Below are positions 34,266-43,861 of a stretch of 64,000 nucleotides of DNA, piece after piece. Both the position numbers and the translations under genes were made by a program. Every line of letters starts with the position of its first letter. The first letter of the stretch is position 1. The notes beneath the pieces are model-generated. The model was not told the origin of the DNA. It did not search any database and saw only the letters and a program-made list of their open reading frames with translations. The stretch is from Bacteroidota bacterium (GTDB taxonomy: Bacteria; Bacteroidota; Bacteroidia; Flavobacteriales_D; Crocinitomicaceae), in the NCBI GenBank assembly GCA_041168645.1, contig JBEEKM010000002.1, forward strand, positions 4,871 through 68,870. Reading direction: 5' to 3'.

Positions 34266-35738
34266 ATGGCAGAGAAAAAAGTGACCCGTCAAGAAGATTA
34301 CGCAACCTGGTACAACGACCTTGTTTATCAAGCAGACCTCGCAGAGCACTCAGATGTGCGCGGCTGTATGGTCATCAAGCCCTATGGTTATGCCATCTGG
34401 GAAAACATGCGCGATGTCCTCGATGCCAAATTCAAAGAAACTGGCCACTCCAATGCCTATTTCCCGCTTTTTATCCCGAAAAGTTACCTCAGTAAAGAAG
34501 CGGCACACGTTGATGGCTTTGCCAAGGAATGCGCAGTCGTAACGCACTATCGCCTTAAAAATGCCGAGGATGGCAGTGGAGTCATTGTTGACCCAGATGC
34601 CAAATTGCAAGAAGAACTCATCGTTCGTCCTACGTCCGAAACGATTATTTGGAACTCTTATAAAAATTGGATTCAATCATACCGTGACCTTCCAATCTTG
34701 ATCAACCAATGGGCCAATGTCGTACGTTGGGAGATGCGCACGCGTCTTTTCTTGCGCACTGCTGAGTTTTTATGGCAAGAAGGGCACACTGCACACGCCA
34801 CAAAAACTGAAGCAATTGCTGAAGCAGAACAAATGTTAGACGTCTATGCTGAATTTGCAGAAAACTATATGGCCATGCCTGTGCTTAAAGGTCGTAAGAC
34901 CGCCAGTGAGCGTTTTGCAGGTGCTGAAGATACACTTTGTATTGAAGCTTTAATGCAAGATGGCAAAGCTTTACAAGCTGGTACAAGCCACTTTCTGGGC
35001 CAGAATTTTGCAAAAGCTTTTGAAGTAAAATTTGCCGATAAAGAAGGCAAGCTCGACTACGTTTGGGCCACCTCATGGGGTGTTTCAACGCGTTTGATGG
35101 GGGCGCTCATCATGACGCACTCAGATGACCAAGGATTAGTTTTACCACCCGCACTTGCGCCTATACAAGTAGTAGGGGTGCCAATTTATCGCTCCGAAGA
35201 AGAGCTTACAGCTATTTCTGAGCGCTTCGCTACCTTGGCTCAAGAACTCAAGGCTTTGGGTATTCGTTTCAAATACGACGACGACGACAACCGCCGACCA
35301 GGATGGAAATTTGCCGAATACGAGACCAAAGGCGTTCCTTTGCGTTTGGCCATGGGCCCACGAGACCTCGAAAACGGTAAAATTGAAGTAGCACGTCGCG
35401 ACACAAAAACCAAAGAAGTTGTTGATTTTGCTGGCATTGCAAGCTACATTCAAGACTTACTTGGTCAAATTCAAGCACAATTGCTCCAAAACGCCAAAGA
35501 CTTCCGAACTGCCAATACAAAAGTGATTGATTCTTATGCGCAGTTCAAAGAAGAAATCGAAAAAGGTGGATTCTTATTGGCACATTGGGATGGTACTGCT
35601 GAAACCGAAGAGCTCATCAAGCAAGAAACAAAAGCAACAATCCGTTGTATTCTTTTAGATGGCGATACCACACCTGGTGTTTGTATGGTAACAGGCAAGC
35701 CTTCGGCGCAACGCGTCGTTTTCGCTAAAGCTTATTAA
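34266..35738 (+). CDS. proS: proline--tRNA ligase (archaeal/eukaryotic-like type, about 490 aa)
   Basis: Class II aaRS motifs are present: [25 protein letters not shown] and [10 protein letters not shown], with the C-terminal zinc-domain-like ending ...FAKAY. Confidence 0.95.
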   Translation: MAEKKVTRQEDYATWYNDLVYQADLAEHSDVRGCMVIKPYGYAIWENMRDVLDAKFKETGHSNAYFPLFIPKSYLSKEAAHVDGFAKECAVVTHYRLKNAEDGSGVIVDPDAKLQEELIVRPTSETIIWNSYKNWIQSYRDLPILINQWANVVRWEMRTRLFLRTAEFLWQEGHTAHATKTEAIAEAEQMLDVYAEFAENYMAMPVLKGRKTASERFAGAEDTLCIEALMQDGKALQAGTSHFLGQNFAKAFEVKFADKEGKLDYVWATSWGVSTRLMGALIMTHSDDQGLVLPPALAPIQVVGVPIYRSEEELTAISERFATLAQELKALGIRFKYDDDDNRRPGWKFAEYETKGVPLRLAMGPRDLENGKIEVARRDTKTKEVVDFAGIASYIQDLLGQIQAQLLQNAKDFRTANTKVIDSYAQFKEEIEKGGFLLAHWDGTAETEELIKQETKATIRCILLDGDTTPGVCMVTGKPSAQRVVFAKAY

Positions 35739-36445
35739 TGTCGGTTTTTCACTTTCGGGATTTCAGTATCATTCAAGATCAAAGTCCGCTGAAAGTCGGT
35801 ACAGATGCGCTATTACTGGGTGCTACCGTTCAGATAACATCAAACAACCCTCGAATACTAGACGTAGGTACTGGAACTGGTGTCATTGCATTAATTCTAG
35901 CTTCGCGCTTTGAAAATGCAACAATTGAGGCGCTAGAACCCAATCATCTGGCTTTTAATGAAGCTCAATCAAATTTTCATGCTTCTAATTATAAATCACG
36001 CTTGACGATACATCAGGTACGTGTTGAAAATTTTGAAACCCAGCAAAAGTTCGATCTTGTTGTGAGTAATCCGCCTTACTTTATTGATGACCTCAAGAGT
36101 GACAACTTAGGTTTAAACGAAGCCAAGCATTTAAGCAAAGACGCATTCAATCAATTTTTACAAGCCAGTCTTCATTTACTTTCGCCTGAAGGTCTTTTGT
36201 GGTTAATTCTACCCAAAGAAATTGCTCTGAAAACGATTGAAGATTTGGCACATAATGGCATTTTTTTGCAACGAAAAATAAGATTTCATTCCAATAGTCA
36301 AAAATTAGATGCGCGTTGGGTTTTGGCTTTCTCAAGAAATAAGGCTCAACTACAAGAAAAGTCGTTTTTCATCAGAAATAATGACGGAACCTTTCATCAA
36401 GATTACATTCAGCATGTTGGCTTTCTACATGCTAAAAAACTTTAG
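35738..36445 (+). CDS. tRNA1(Val) (adenine37-N6)-methyltransferase (TrmN6/YfiC-like)
   Basis: It has the SAM motif ILDVGTGTGVIALILA and the catalytic NPPYF. Its start overlaps the proS stop (TAATG). Confidence 0.8.
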   Translation: MSVFHFRDFSIIQDQSPLKVGTDALLLGATVQITSNNPRILDVGTGTGVIALILASRFENATIEALEPNHLAFNEAQSNFHASNYKSRLTIHQVRVENFETQQKFDLVVSNPPYFIDDLKSDNLGLNEAKHLSKDAFNQFLQASLHLLSPEGLLWLILPKEIALKTIEDLAHNGIFLQRKIRFHSNSQKLDARWVLAFSRNKAQLQEKSFFIRNNDGTFHQDYIQHVGFLHAKKL

Positions 36446-37479
36446 ATTTTTTTCTTCCAGCGTTGTAGGTCCGTGCTCAGGCCAATGGCGTGAATAGTGC
36501 CTGCTTTAGAGTAGAATTGAATGGAATAATCGAGGTCAAACTTCTTGATTTTAAGACTTGTGCCTAAAGAAAAACCTGCTAGACCCGGGAAATCATTAAG
36601 CTTGAGTTGTTGGCGTCTGTTGTAGTTGAAGCCCATTCTGAGTTGAAAGGCACCTTTAGGCACCAATTCTAATTGAAAATTCAAGTGATTTGCAATCTTT
36701 TCACCGATGTTGGGTGTGTAAATTGGAATGGTGTCTCCCGTGAGTGGGTCGTAGGTTGGCGCGGCGTTTGGATCTAGCCAAATGTTATCTGGCCTATTTA
36801 GTGAGTGTCCAACGACATGAAATCTAAAAGGGGCATGTGCGAGTTTGTAGCTCAGTGCAATATAGGTGTCCAAAGCTAAAGGTGCGCTTTGCGTGCTCGT
36901 ATAGTTTTTAAAAATAAAACCTAAATTCCTCACCCCGAAAGCTGCTGTGAACAATTGCTTTGGATGAATGAGTAGGGCAGAGAAGGTAGAACTGAGGCCA
37001 AATGCACTGTAGCGCTCGAGTTGAGAACCCAGTAAATTGACCTGCATACCCATGCGGAAGTATGGGTTTGGTGTGTAGGCGTAACTAGCGCCAAGTTGAT
37101 AATCTAGTGCATTAAAAGAACCGATGGCTTCGCCGTTGCTATTGGTTTCGGTGAAATTACCGTAGTTTAAATACCGAATATAGGGCGCAATGGTGCCAAT
37201 TTTAGTTTTGAGTGCTGTGGTGAAAATGCCAAAATTTACACCTGAAGGCAAGATGCCAATGGTACTGTGCATGGAGCCTTGCATTTTAGGGTCGAGCACT
37301 GCAGCTTGGTCTAGGGTGGTGGAAAGATCGCCATTTGGTAAGGCGTAGTATCTTGAGCCGACACCAAGGCTTTTACTGGAATTGGTTTGTTCAAAGCCAC
37401 TAAAAGTGTTGTTGCCCAAGTTGTACTGAGCAAGACTGCTCAAACTGATCAGAAAAAAAAGTAGCGTAATTACTTTCAT
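36442..37479 (-). CDS. outer-membrane beta-barrel protein, PorQ-like (T9SS-associated) candidate
   Basis: The signal peptide is MKVITLLFFLISLSSLAQ, and the sequence is rich in beta-strands and ends in an aromatic residue. The overall pattern resembles PorQ/PorP-class T9SS barrel proteins, but I cannot verify this. The ATG at 37479 is preferred. Confidence 0.45.
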   Translation of the reverse strand: MKVITLLFFLISLSSLAQYNLGNNTFSGFEQTNSSKSLGVGSRYYALPNGDLSTTLDQAAVLDPKMQGSMHSTIGILPSGVNFGIFTTALKTKIGTIAPYIRYLNYGNFTETNSNGEAIGSFNALDYQLGASYAYTPNPYFRMGMQVNLLGSQLERYSAFGLSSTFSALLIHPKQLFTAAFGVRNLGFIFKNYTSTQSAPLALDTYIALSYKLAHAPFRFHVVGHSLNRPDNIWLDPNAAPTYDPLTGDTIPIYTPNIGEKIANHLNFQLELVPKGAFQLRMGFNYNRRQQLKLNDFPGLAGFSLGTSLKIKKFDLDYSIQFYSKAGTIHAIGLSTDLQRWKKKI

Positions 37480-37577
37480 AAGGCAAGGACTACAACGAAA
37501 AATTGGCTTCGAGATTGTGAAAATACTAAGAAATTCTGCAAATCGCACTTTGGAACGATAATTGTAAAACCAAAAAC

Positions 37578-38108
37578 ATGAACCAAGCAGCCTACACCAA
37601 CCGTGCTTTCGAGCCTATCTTTACTTCGCAAGTTCCATTTTTCAAAAGGATCATTGCCAAGTATTTTTCTGCAGACGAACAAGCCGACGTTTTGCAAGAA
37701 TTCTCGATTCATTTCTTTATGCTCTATGAAAAGAAATATCAAGCACATGCTGAGCTCTTTGATTCAAAAGCTTGGCTTAGAACGGTTGTCGCACATTTCT
37801 GTATTTCGTTACTCAGAAAGAAAAAGGCGCAGAAAAATGCCGTTTGGGAAAATACCATCAATACGGCGATACTTCGGGCCTCTGAAAGTGAAGTGGCGCG
37901 AGAGCACGAGCTGATTTCGTTAATGAGTTTGGCGCTGGGTTGTGTCACCAAGCAGGAGGCCTTGATTCTCAAGATGAAATACATGTATCAGAAGTCTAGT
38001 AAAGAGATTGAGCAGCGTTTGGGCTTGCAGTACGTTGATGTTCAGATCAATAGAATCAAGCTCAAAATCAGAAAAAAGTTAGCAACCACCGATCATAGTT
38101 GGTTGTAG
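37578..38108 (+). CDS. sigma-70 family (ECF-like) RNA polymerase sigma factor
   Basis: The region 2 pattern is ADVLQEFSIHFF...WLRTVVAHFCISLLRKKK. The region 4 HTH is EALILKMKYMYQKSSKEIEQRLGLQYVDVQINRIKLKIRKKL. Confidence 0.7.
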   Translation: MNQAAYTNRAFEPIFTSQVPFFKRIIAKYFSADEQADVLQEFSIHFFMLYEKKYQAHAELFDSKAWLRTVVAHFCISLLRKKKAQKNAVWENTINTAILRASESEVAREHELISLMSLALGCVTKQEALILKMKYMYQKSSKEIEQRLGLQYVDVQINRIKLKIRKKLATTDHSWL

Positions 38109-38123
38109 TTTTTTTTTTTTTTT
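38109..38123. repeat. T15 homopolymer immediately after the sigma-factor stop codon, probably the U-tract of a weak intrinsic terminator
   Basis: I counted 15 consecutive T from 38109 to 38123. It is preceded by a CAACCA(38083-38088)/TGGTTG(38100-38105) stem that overlaps the last codons. Confidence 0.8.
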
Positions 38124-38163
38124 GTGGTTTTTTCTTTTGCCTAGCCCGAGGACCAGAAATTGT

Positions 38164-39075
38164 TTAGAAATCGAGGTGTCTTTCTTTTTTATCTGGGTAA
38201 ATGTCAGCAATGGTGACCAAAATACCCGTTTCTTCTACATTTCCGAAGTCCGGATTCACAGCAGTGTCGAAGGTCTTCATGGTGGCCGATAAATTCATGT
38301 AAATATTCATGAGCGGCGGAATAAAGGTGCCGCGTTCTCGGACAAAGCTATTGAGTTCTTTAAATGCATCTTTGTATTCTTTCCCTTCAATCAACGCTGC
38401 ATAAGCGCTGGTGTTGCCAATTTGAAGTGGATGATATGCCTTGATCAATTGTTCTGAATCTGGAAAAAAGTGCTGCAGGAAAAACAATAAGAAATCACGG
38501 CTACTTGTGTCGTAGTCGGGGTACATCGTTACTTTGCCAAAGAAATATTTGATACTCGGGTAAAAACGAATCAGTGCACCCAGGCCATCCCAAATATTAT
38601 CAAGGGCAAAAAGACCTTTTTTAGGATTGACTGTTGGTTGGTAATTGGGCTGCACCCAACTTCTGCCAAGTTCGATGGTGCTAGGTAGGTATTTTTCTTT
38701 GAAAGCCGTGCTAAATTCGAAGTAATGTGTGGTTGACAAATGATAATTTCCATCTTGGTCTTGAGCTTCAGCGCAAACAAGATAACGATAGCCACCAATG
38801 ATTTCTTCATCTTCAGGTGACCAAACAATGAGCTGTTCGTAGGCGTAAGGGCCAAAATCATGCTCATCGAGGTCAACTTCTTCACCGGTGCCACCACCTG
38901 AGGTGCGGAACGTAAGCTCGCGCAAGCGTCCAATTTCTTGGAGTACATTCGGAGCGTTGTGGCAATTGATGCGGTAAATTTCGTTGCCACCTTTTCGGGT
39001 TGTCCGCAAAAAACGTTCTGCATTGAGTTCAGCTTTAAGGACAGACTTATCTATGGGATCAATGATTTCTTTCAT
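38164..39075 (-). CDS. GNAT-type N-acyltransferase of the OlsB/GlsB (hemolysin-like) family, predicted acyl-amino-acid lipid synthase
   Basis: The N-terminal pattern is MKEIIDPIDKSVLKAEL...NVLQEIGRLRELTFRTSGGGTGEEVDLDEHD...IIGGYRY. I chose the ATG at 39075, which lies 2 nt downstream of the stop of the acyltransferase gene. Confidence 0.75.
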   Translation of the reverse strand: MKEIIDPIDKSVLKAELNAERFLRTTRKGGNEIYRINCHNAPNVLQEIGRLRELTFRTSGGGTGEEVDLDEHDFGPYAYEQLIVWSPEDEEIIGGYRYLVCAEAQDQDGNYHLSTTHYFEFSTAFKEKYLPSTIELGRSWVQPNYQPTVNPKKGLFALDNIWDGLGALIRFYPSIKYFFGKVTMYPDYDTSSRDFLLFFLQHFFPDSEQLIKAYHPLQIGNTSAYAALIEGKEYKDAFKELNSFVRERGTFIPPLMNIYMNLSATMKTFDTAVNPDFGNVEETGILVTIADIYPDKKERHLDF

Positions 39076-39077
39076 GC

Positions 39078-39893
39078 TTAGCTTTTTAGTTGGTAAACGT
39101 GGTCTTTCACCCAATTTGCTGCAGCTGCATCATCGAGTTGGTTGGGTAGGTCTGCTGGCAATAAGGGTTTACCGATAGTAAAACTAATTTTACCGTGTTT
39201 TTGTTTATACATCTCGTCAGCTAATAAGAACATCTCGAGATTTGCTTTGATGCCCAATCTGGTGCGAAATCTATTGAGGCGATAAAAGGTATTTGATAGT
39301 CCCCCGGCGATGTAAATCGGGACGATAGGTCGAGCTAATTCTCTTGCGTAACTCACAAAAGTTTTTTTCCATTCAGCTTCTACAATTTGATTGTTGTGGA
39401 CGCGTGTCACCATCCCTGCCGGAAAGATGATGACGAGTTGTTCTTTTTCAAATGCAGACCGGATGCTGTGCCTCACATTGCCTTGGTTGCGTCCGAATTT
39501 ATTGACTCCAACAAATAAGTTAGAAAGCTGCTTTAAATTTAATAGTAAATCATTGACAATCAATACAACATCTGGTCTTACTTCACGCAATGAATGAATT
39601 AAAGCAACGCCATCCATTCCGCCTAAAGGGTGATTCAGTGTAAGGATTGCGCCACCTGTTCTTGGGATATTTTCTAGGCCAGAAATTTCAATTTTAAAAT
39701 CGAAATAATCAATAATGGCTGCGCAAAATTCATGATCTTTAAGGTGTCCGGATTCGGCAATAAAAGCATTGATTTCGTCTTGGTGTAATTTGTTTTTGAG
39801 GAAGTTCAGCACAAACTTTGGTAGCCATTTGAGCAAACGCGGATTTTTGCTTCGGATCAAGGCCTCAAGGTCTATAAAGTCTTTTGTTTGCAT
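39078..39893 (-). CDS. lysophospholipid/1-acyl-glycerol-3-phosphate acyltransferase family protein (OlsA/GlsA-like O-acyltransferase)
   Basis: The HX4D motif appears in LTLNHPLGGMDG, followed by FPAGMVTR. The ATG at 39893 (MQTKDFIDLEAL) is preferred. Confidence 0.8.
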   Translation of the reverse strand: MQTKDFIDLEALIRSKNPRLLKWLPKFVLNFLKNKLHQDEINAFIAESGHLKDHEFCAAIIDYFDFKIEISGLENIPRTGGAILTLNHPLGGMDGVALIHSLREVRPDVVLIVNDLLLNLKQLSNLFVGVNKFGRNQGNVRHSIRSAFEKEQLVIIFPAGMVTRVHNNQIVEAEWKKTFVSYARELARPIVPIYIAGGLSNTFYRLNRFRTRLGIKANLEMFLLADEMYKQKHGKISFTIGKPLLPADLPNQLDDAAAANWVKDHVYQLKS

Positions 39894-39901
39894 GCTTAAA
39901 A

Positions 39902-40693
39902 TTAATCGAAATACTGAAATTCTAATTGGAGGCCATCGTGGGCAAGCCATACATTGGCTGGCAATTTTTGAGCGACATCTTCGTGTTTGCCAAATAAATG
40001 AGAGATGTGGGTCAGGTAACTTTTCTGAGGTTGAAGTTCATCAATGAGGGCTAATGCTTCTTCTAAATTAAAGTGAGACTGGTGCTGGTATTCGTGTAGC
40101 GCATTGATAACAAGGATATCCAAACCTTTTAACTTTTGCTTTTCTTTATCAGCAATAGTTTTGGCATCGGTTATGTAGGCCATATTGCCTATCCGGAAAC
40201 CGAAAACGGGCATGCGGTGATGCATGACTTCAATGACATCGATTTTCAAGTAGTCATTGAGCAAAAAAGGTTGATTTTCAATGAGCTCGACTTGATACTT
40301 TGGCACCCCAGGGTAAGGGTTTGGTTCAAAAGCATAATAAAACTCACGGTGCAAAGCTGTTTCAACCTGTTTGCTACAATAGATTGGGAAATCTTTTTGT
40401 TGTTTGTAATTAAAAGCTCTGACGTCGTCGAGACCTGCAATATGGTCTTTGTGTTCGTGGGTCAGTAATATGGCATCGAGTTGCTTGACGCCCGCCCTAA
40501 GCATTTGTTGGCGAAAATCGGGCCCAGCATCGATGCCGAACTTGAGGTTGGCGATTTCAACAAAGACACTTGCGCGCAGACGCTTATCTTTTGGGTCTGT
40601 TGAAAGACACACTGGGCATTCGCAGGCAATGACAGGAACGCCTTGTGAGGTTCCGGAGCCTAAAAATGTAAGATGCCCGAGGTGTTCACTCAT
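39902..40693 (-). CDS. MBL-fold metallo-hydrolase (PhnP-like)
   Basis: It has LTFLGSGTSQGVP, a CxxC, and LLTHEHKDHIAGLDD (the HxHxDH motif). Confidence 0.8.
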   Translation of the reverse strand: MSEHLGHLTFLGSGTSQGVPVIACECPVCLSTDPKDKRLRASVFVEIANLKFGIDAGPDFRQQMLRAGVKQLDAILLTHEHKDHIAGLDDVRAFNYKQQKDFPIYCSKQVETALHREFYYAFEPNPYPGVPKYQVELIENQPFLLNDYLKIDVIEVMHHRMPVFGFRIGNMAYITDAKTIADKEKQKLKGLDILVINALHEYQHQSHFNLEEALALIDELQPQKSYLTHISHLFGKHEDVAQKLPANVWLAHDGLQLEFQYFD

Positions 40694-42084
40694 AAGGTTT
40701 CAATGGCATTGAGTTGAACGATTCTGAGGTTCTTGTCGGAGCGCAAAAAATAAGAAACGATGCTTTTGTTGTCTCGGTTTTCTTTTTCTGTGTTGATATA
40801 GCGCGCCCAATGCATTGGCTCTTTGCCATGAAAATGAAACGGCGCGTAGCCAAATCCTTTGTAAATGCCCTTGTCTATCCATACCACGCTTTTTTCACCT
40901 TTGTTGCGCCCCTTGTCTAGGATGAAAAACGAAGAACCGCTAAACTGAACCTGATCTATAAAGCGCTGAACGCGTTCGTTGTAGGTGGCAGGTATTTCTT
41001 CTTGTACACAAGCACCTTTACATTGCTGAATCGTGTAATGAAAACAAGCGCTTTGCGTAGGATAGAGGTAGCACAATTTTTGGCAGAGTTCATGGCGCTC
41101 TGTTACAGTTTCAAGGTAATGCTGTGCCTCTTTTTTAGAAGTAAACTGAATGAGTGGTTCGGCATTTTGCTTGGCTGAATTTTCAATTTTGAGCCGAATA
41201 TAGCCATCGAAATCTTGTTGGTCATAGAGCCCGTAAGGGAACAAGCTTTTACGGAGTTTGCGATTGTAAATGGGTTTGTGCTCTTTGATCAGGACTGATT
41301 CTCTGAGCATGGCAATGAGTTCAGAACCAGTAAGTTCATATTCTACCCTGCAGATTTCCTGACTCATTTGTAGCCCTTTTGCGCTTTTGTTATTGCGCAA
41401 ATGCTGTTCGATGCGTTTTTTAATATGAATGCTTTTGCCAATATAAATGAGCTGATTGAACTCGTTATAGAGCAAATAAACACCTGTTTTGTTGGGTAAT
41501 TCTTCGATGCTTTCTAGGCTCAGGTTTGGATGGACCGCTTTGGGCTGTAATACTTCTTGAATAAAGTTCTTGAGCTCGCGGGTATCTTTTTGATATAGCA
41601 AAGTGAAAAGCTCAGCAGTGGCTTTGGCATCGCCGTCTGCGCGGTGTCGGGCATTATTAGCGATACCGAGTTCTGTGCAAAGTTTACCAAGACTGTAGGA
41701 CGCATAGCCAGGTAATAAAATGCGGGCCGTCCGAACGGTGCAAAGTTGCGGCATTCTGAATTCGTAGCCCAAACGTTTGTATTCAGATCTGAACATGCCG
41801 TAGTCAAAGGCCACGTTGTGCGCAACAAAAATACAGCCCTCGCAAAAAGCTAAAATTTCTTTGGCAATTTCATAGAACTTAGGGGCATTTTCGACCATGC
41901 GGTCCGTGATACCTGTTAGGCGCACGATGAACTCGGGGATGGCTTGCTCTGGGTTAACAAGACTGTGGTAATGATCGATAACTTGTTGACCATCATGCTT
42001 GTAGATGGCGAGCTCCGTGATTTTGGAGTCTTTGGTGTGGCCACCTGTGGTTTCGACGTCAACAATTACAAAATTCATGCCCAC
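40690..42084 (-). CDS. DnaQ-like 3'-5' exonuclease fused to a GIY-YIG (Cho/UvrC-N-like) nuclease domain
   Basis: Exo I is FVIVDVETTG, Exo II is FVAHNVAFD and Exo III is HRADGDA. These are followed by GIY-YIG (GVYLLYNEFNQLIYIGKS...R...H) and a UvrC-like Cys-rich region. Confidence 0.85.
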   Translation of the reverse strand: MGMNFVIVDVETTGGHTKDSKITELAIYKHDGQQVIDHYHSLVNPEQAIPEFIVRLTGITDRMVENAPKFYEIAKEILAFCEGCIFVAHNVAFDYGMFRSEYKRLGYEFRMPQLCTVRTARILLPGYASYSLGKLCTELGIANNARHRADGDAKATAELFTLLYQKDTRELKNFIQEVLQPKAVHPNLSLESIEELPNKTGVYLLYNEFNQLIYIGKSIHIKKRIEQHLRNNKSAKGLQMSQEICRVEYELTGSELIAMLRESVLIKEHKPIYNRKLRKSLFPYGLYDQQDFDGYIRLKIENSAKQNAEPLIQFTSKKEAQHYLETVTERHELCQKLCYLYPTQSACFHYTIQQCKGACVQEEIPATYNERVQRFIDQVQFSGSSFFILDKGRNKGEKSVVWIDKGIYKGFGYAPFHFHGKEPMHWARYINTEKENRDNKSIVSYFLRSDKNLRIVQLNAIETL

Positions 42085-42121
42085 TAAGTTAAAAAAATAG
42101 TGGCTGCAAAAATTCTGAAAC

Positions 42122-43804
42122 TTAGATATTGATCATTTTATCTTTCGCATGACGTATGCGAAAATCGTATTTGAATTCTTGCGTTTCCTTGCTTTTAAGT
42201 TTGAGATTCCACTCGAGTAAGCCAGTTTTTTCGTCGAGCTGCCCTTTGCCAAGGTCAGATTTTTCAATTACGATATCCGGATTTGTGGTTAAAGGAATTT
42301 GATCCTGAATGACAAGCTCAATTGGCGAAGATTTCAAGTTTTTCACCTCAACGTTGTAGGCAAAGTTGCGTTCTTTCTTATCTTGAATGATGCGTTCCTT
42401 GCTCTGATTTTTGAGCAAAGTACGCTTCACAATAATATTCGGGTCACGACCTAAAGAAAGATTGAGCGTGTCGTCTAGGGTAGTGGGGTCAATGTAGGTT
42501 TCGCCGATATATGTGCCATCAAAGAAAATATTGGCTTTTGCTGGCACCAATTGCAATTCGTCTAACTTGGTCATTTGTGCTACTAAATATACACCCGGAT
42601 CAAGTTTAGGTACGGAATAATATTTGAACGACGTATTGAGCTCGGCTTGCTTCACCAAAACCATGCGTATCTGATTGTCTGAGGCAATGCTGTAATTGAG
42701 GTCAATTTGGAATTCGGCAGCAATGAGTTGTTGCACAACGGTAGTAAATTGCTCAGAAGTGAGGGCGTCATCTTCCACTTTGGCCGAAAAATTAGCGTTA
42801 AAGCCGTAGTTGTAGACTGCGCCTGGTGTGGTTTCCATAAAAAAGGCATCTGAGCGCTGCTGTTTGGCTTTTTCTTCGAGTTTCTGGCGATATTCTTGGT
42901 AGTCAATATACCACGGGTTTAAAGTGGGTTTGGTTTTGTTGGCGTAAGGGTTGTTGGTGGAGATGCTCAGTTTGACGTCATTCCAGTCGAGACCTGTATT
43001 TTGTTGAACTTGCGCTTTGTAAGTAAGGCTAATTTTACCAGTGCTTGCCTCACTGCGGATGTCATAAAGTGGCGTCCAGCCGGCATTGGCAGCCAAATAA
43101 CTGAGTTCAATTTTTCCGCTAGCGATTTCTTTACTCATGAAGGTCACTACGATGCGCGGAATGCCTTTGAGTTCGGGTTGTGGATTGTTTTGATTGGCGA
43201 AGTTTTCAAGTTCGGTCAAGCGTTCTTGTAAGCTATTCACAACATTGGTTTTCTTTGCTTTTTGACGATCGAGTGCACTTATTTTTTTATTGAGTTCCGA
43301 CACTTTAGAAGTGTAATAATCAACGGTTTGCTTTAGCAACTGAATGCTATCATTAACTTTCCCTTGACCCTTTACTGCGCCGTTAGAAATGATGATTTTG
43401 CGCGCAGCAACGAGCACCTCAATTTCATCATTGATATCTCTTAATTCAAAATTGATTAGTAAAATAGAGTCTTGCAGTTGTTTGATGGCATTTCTAACCT
43501 TCGGAGTTAATTCGGCGCCTGTGTTTAATTTTGGCTGAGGATAATAATACTCGTATTTCGAATCTAGGATCACTACATTTCCGGTTGCCCTTACCTGAAT
43601 GGTGCTGGGGTTTATTTGTGCCGAAATACCTTCAATGATTACTTCTGAGACGCCGGCCTTGATGCTGTAGTTGGCTTTGTGTTGCAGTTGTGCACCTTGC
43701 GTGTAAACGGTAACGCCTGTAAGCGTTGATTTTACAGTGACTTGGTCATTGGCAAGTAAAAGGGTTGCGAATAGGAAGGAAAAAGCGGTAAAAATGAGTT
43801 TCAT
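42122..43804 (-). CDS. DUF4139/DUF4140 (MuiA-like) secreted protein
   Basis: It has a signal peptide and an N-terminal VTVYTQGAQL... block, then a coiled-coil middle and a C-terminal ...GLLEWNLKLKSKETQEFKYDFRI typical of DUF4139 proteins. Confidence 0.65.
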   Translation of the reverse strand: MKLIFTAFSFLFATLLLANDQVTVKSTLTGVTVYTQGAQLQHKANYSIKAGVSEVIIEGISAQINPSTIQVRATGNVVILDSKYEYYYPQPKLNTGAELTPKVRNAIKQLQDSILLINFELRDINDEIEVLVAARKIIISNGAVKGQGKVNDSIQLLKQTVDYYTSKVSELNKKISALDRQKAKKTNVVNSLQERLTELENFANQNNPQPELKGIPRIVVTFMSKEIASGKIELSYLAANAGWTPLYDIRSEASTGKISLTYKAQVQQNTGLDWNDVKLSISTNNPYANKTKPTLNPWYIDYQEYRQKLEEKAKQQRSDAFFMETTPGAVYNYGFNANFSAKVEDDALTSEQFTTVVQQLIAAEFQIDLNYSIASDNQIRMVLVKQAELNTSFKYYSVPKLDPGVYLVAQMTKLDELQLVPAKANIFFDGTYIGETYIDPTTLDDTLNLSLGRDPNIIVKRTLLKNQSKERIIQDKKERNFAYNVEVKNLKSSPIELVIQDQIPLTTNPDIVIEKSDLGKGQLDEKTGLLEWNLKLKSKETQEFKYDFRIRHAKDKMINI

Positions 43805-43849
43805 ATTTCAAGTTTGAGTTGGCAAAACGTGCTTTAAAGGGCTTTATTG

Positions 43850-43857
43850 TATCTTTG
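43850..43857 (+). promoter_or_regulatory. candidate -7 promoter box 4 nt upstream of ATG 43862 (possible leaderless transcript)
   Basis: TATCTTTG is followed by TTGT and then the ATG. Confidence 0.4.
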
Positions 43858-43861
43858 TTGT

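Noticed and set aside
34244-35520. Several 60-108-aa ORFs on both strands inside proS
   Set aside because: They are all nested in alternative frames of a highly conserved aminoacyl-tRNA synthetase gene. They have no independent support.
38571-39023. 150-aa same-strand alternative-frame ORF inside the GNAT gene
   Set aside because: It is entirely embedded in a gene with a recognisable family pattern and has no start context. I treat it as spurious.
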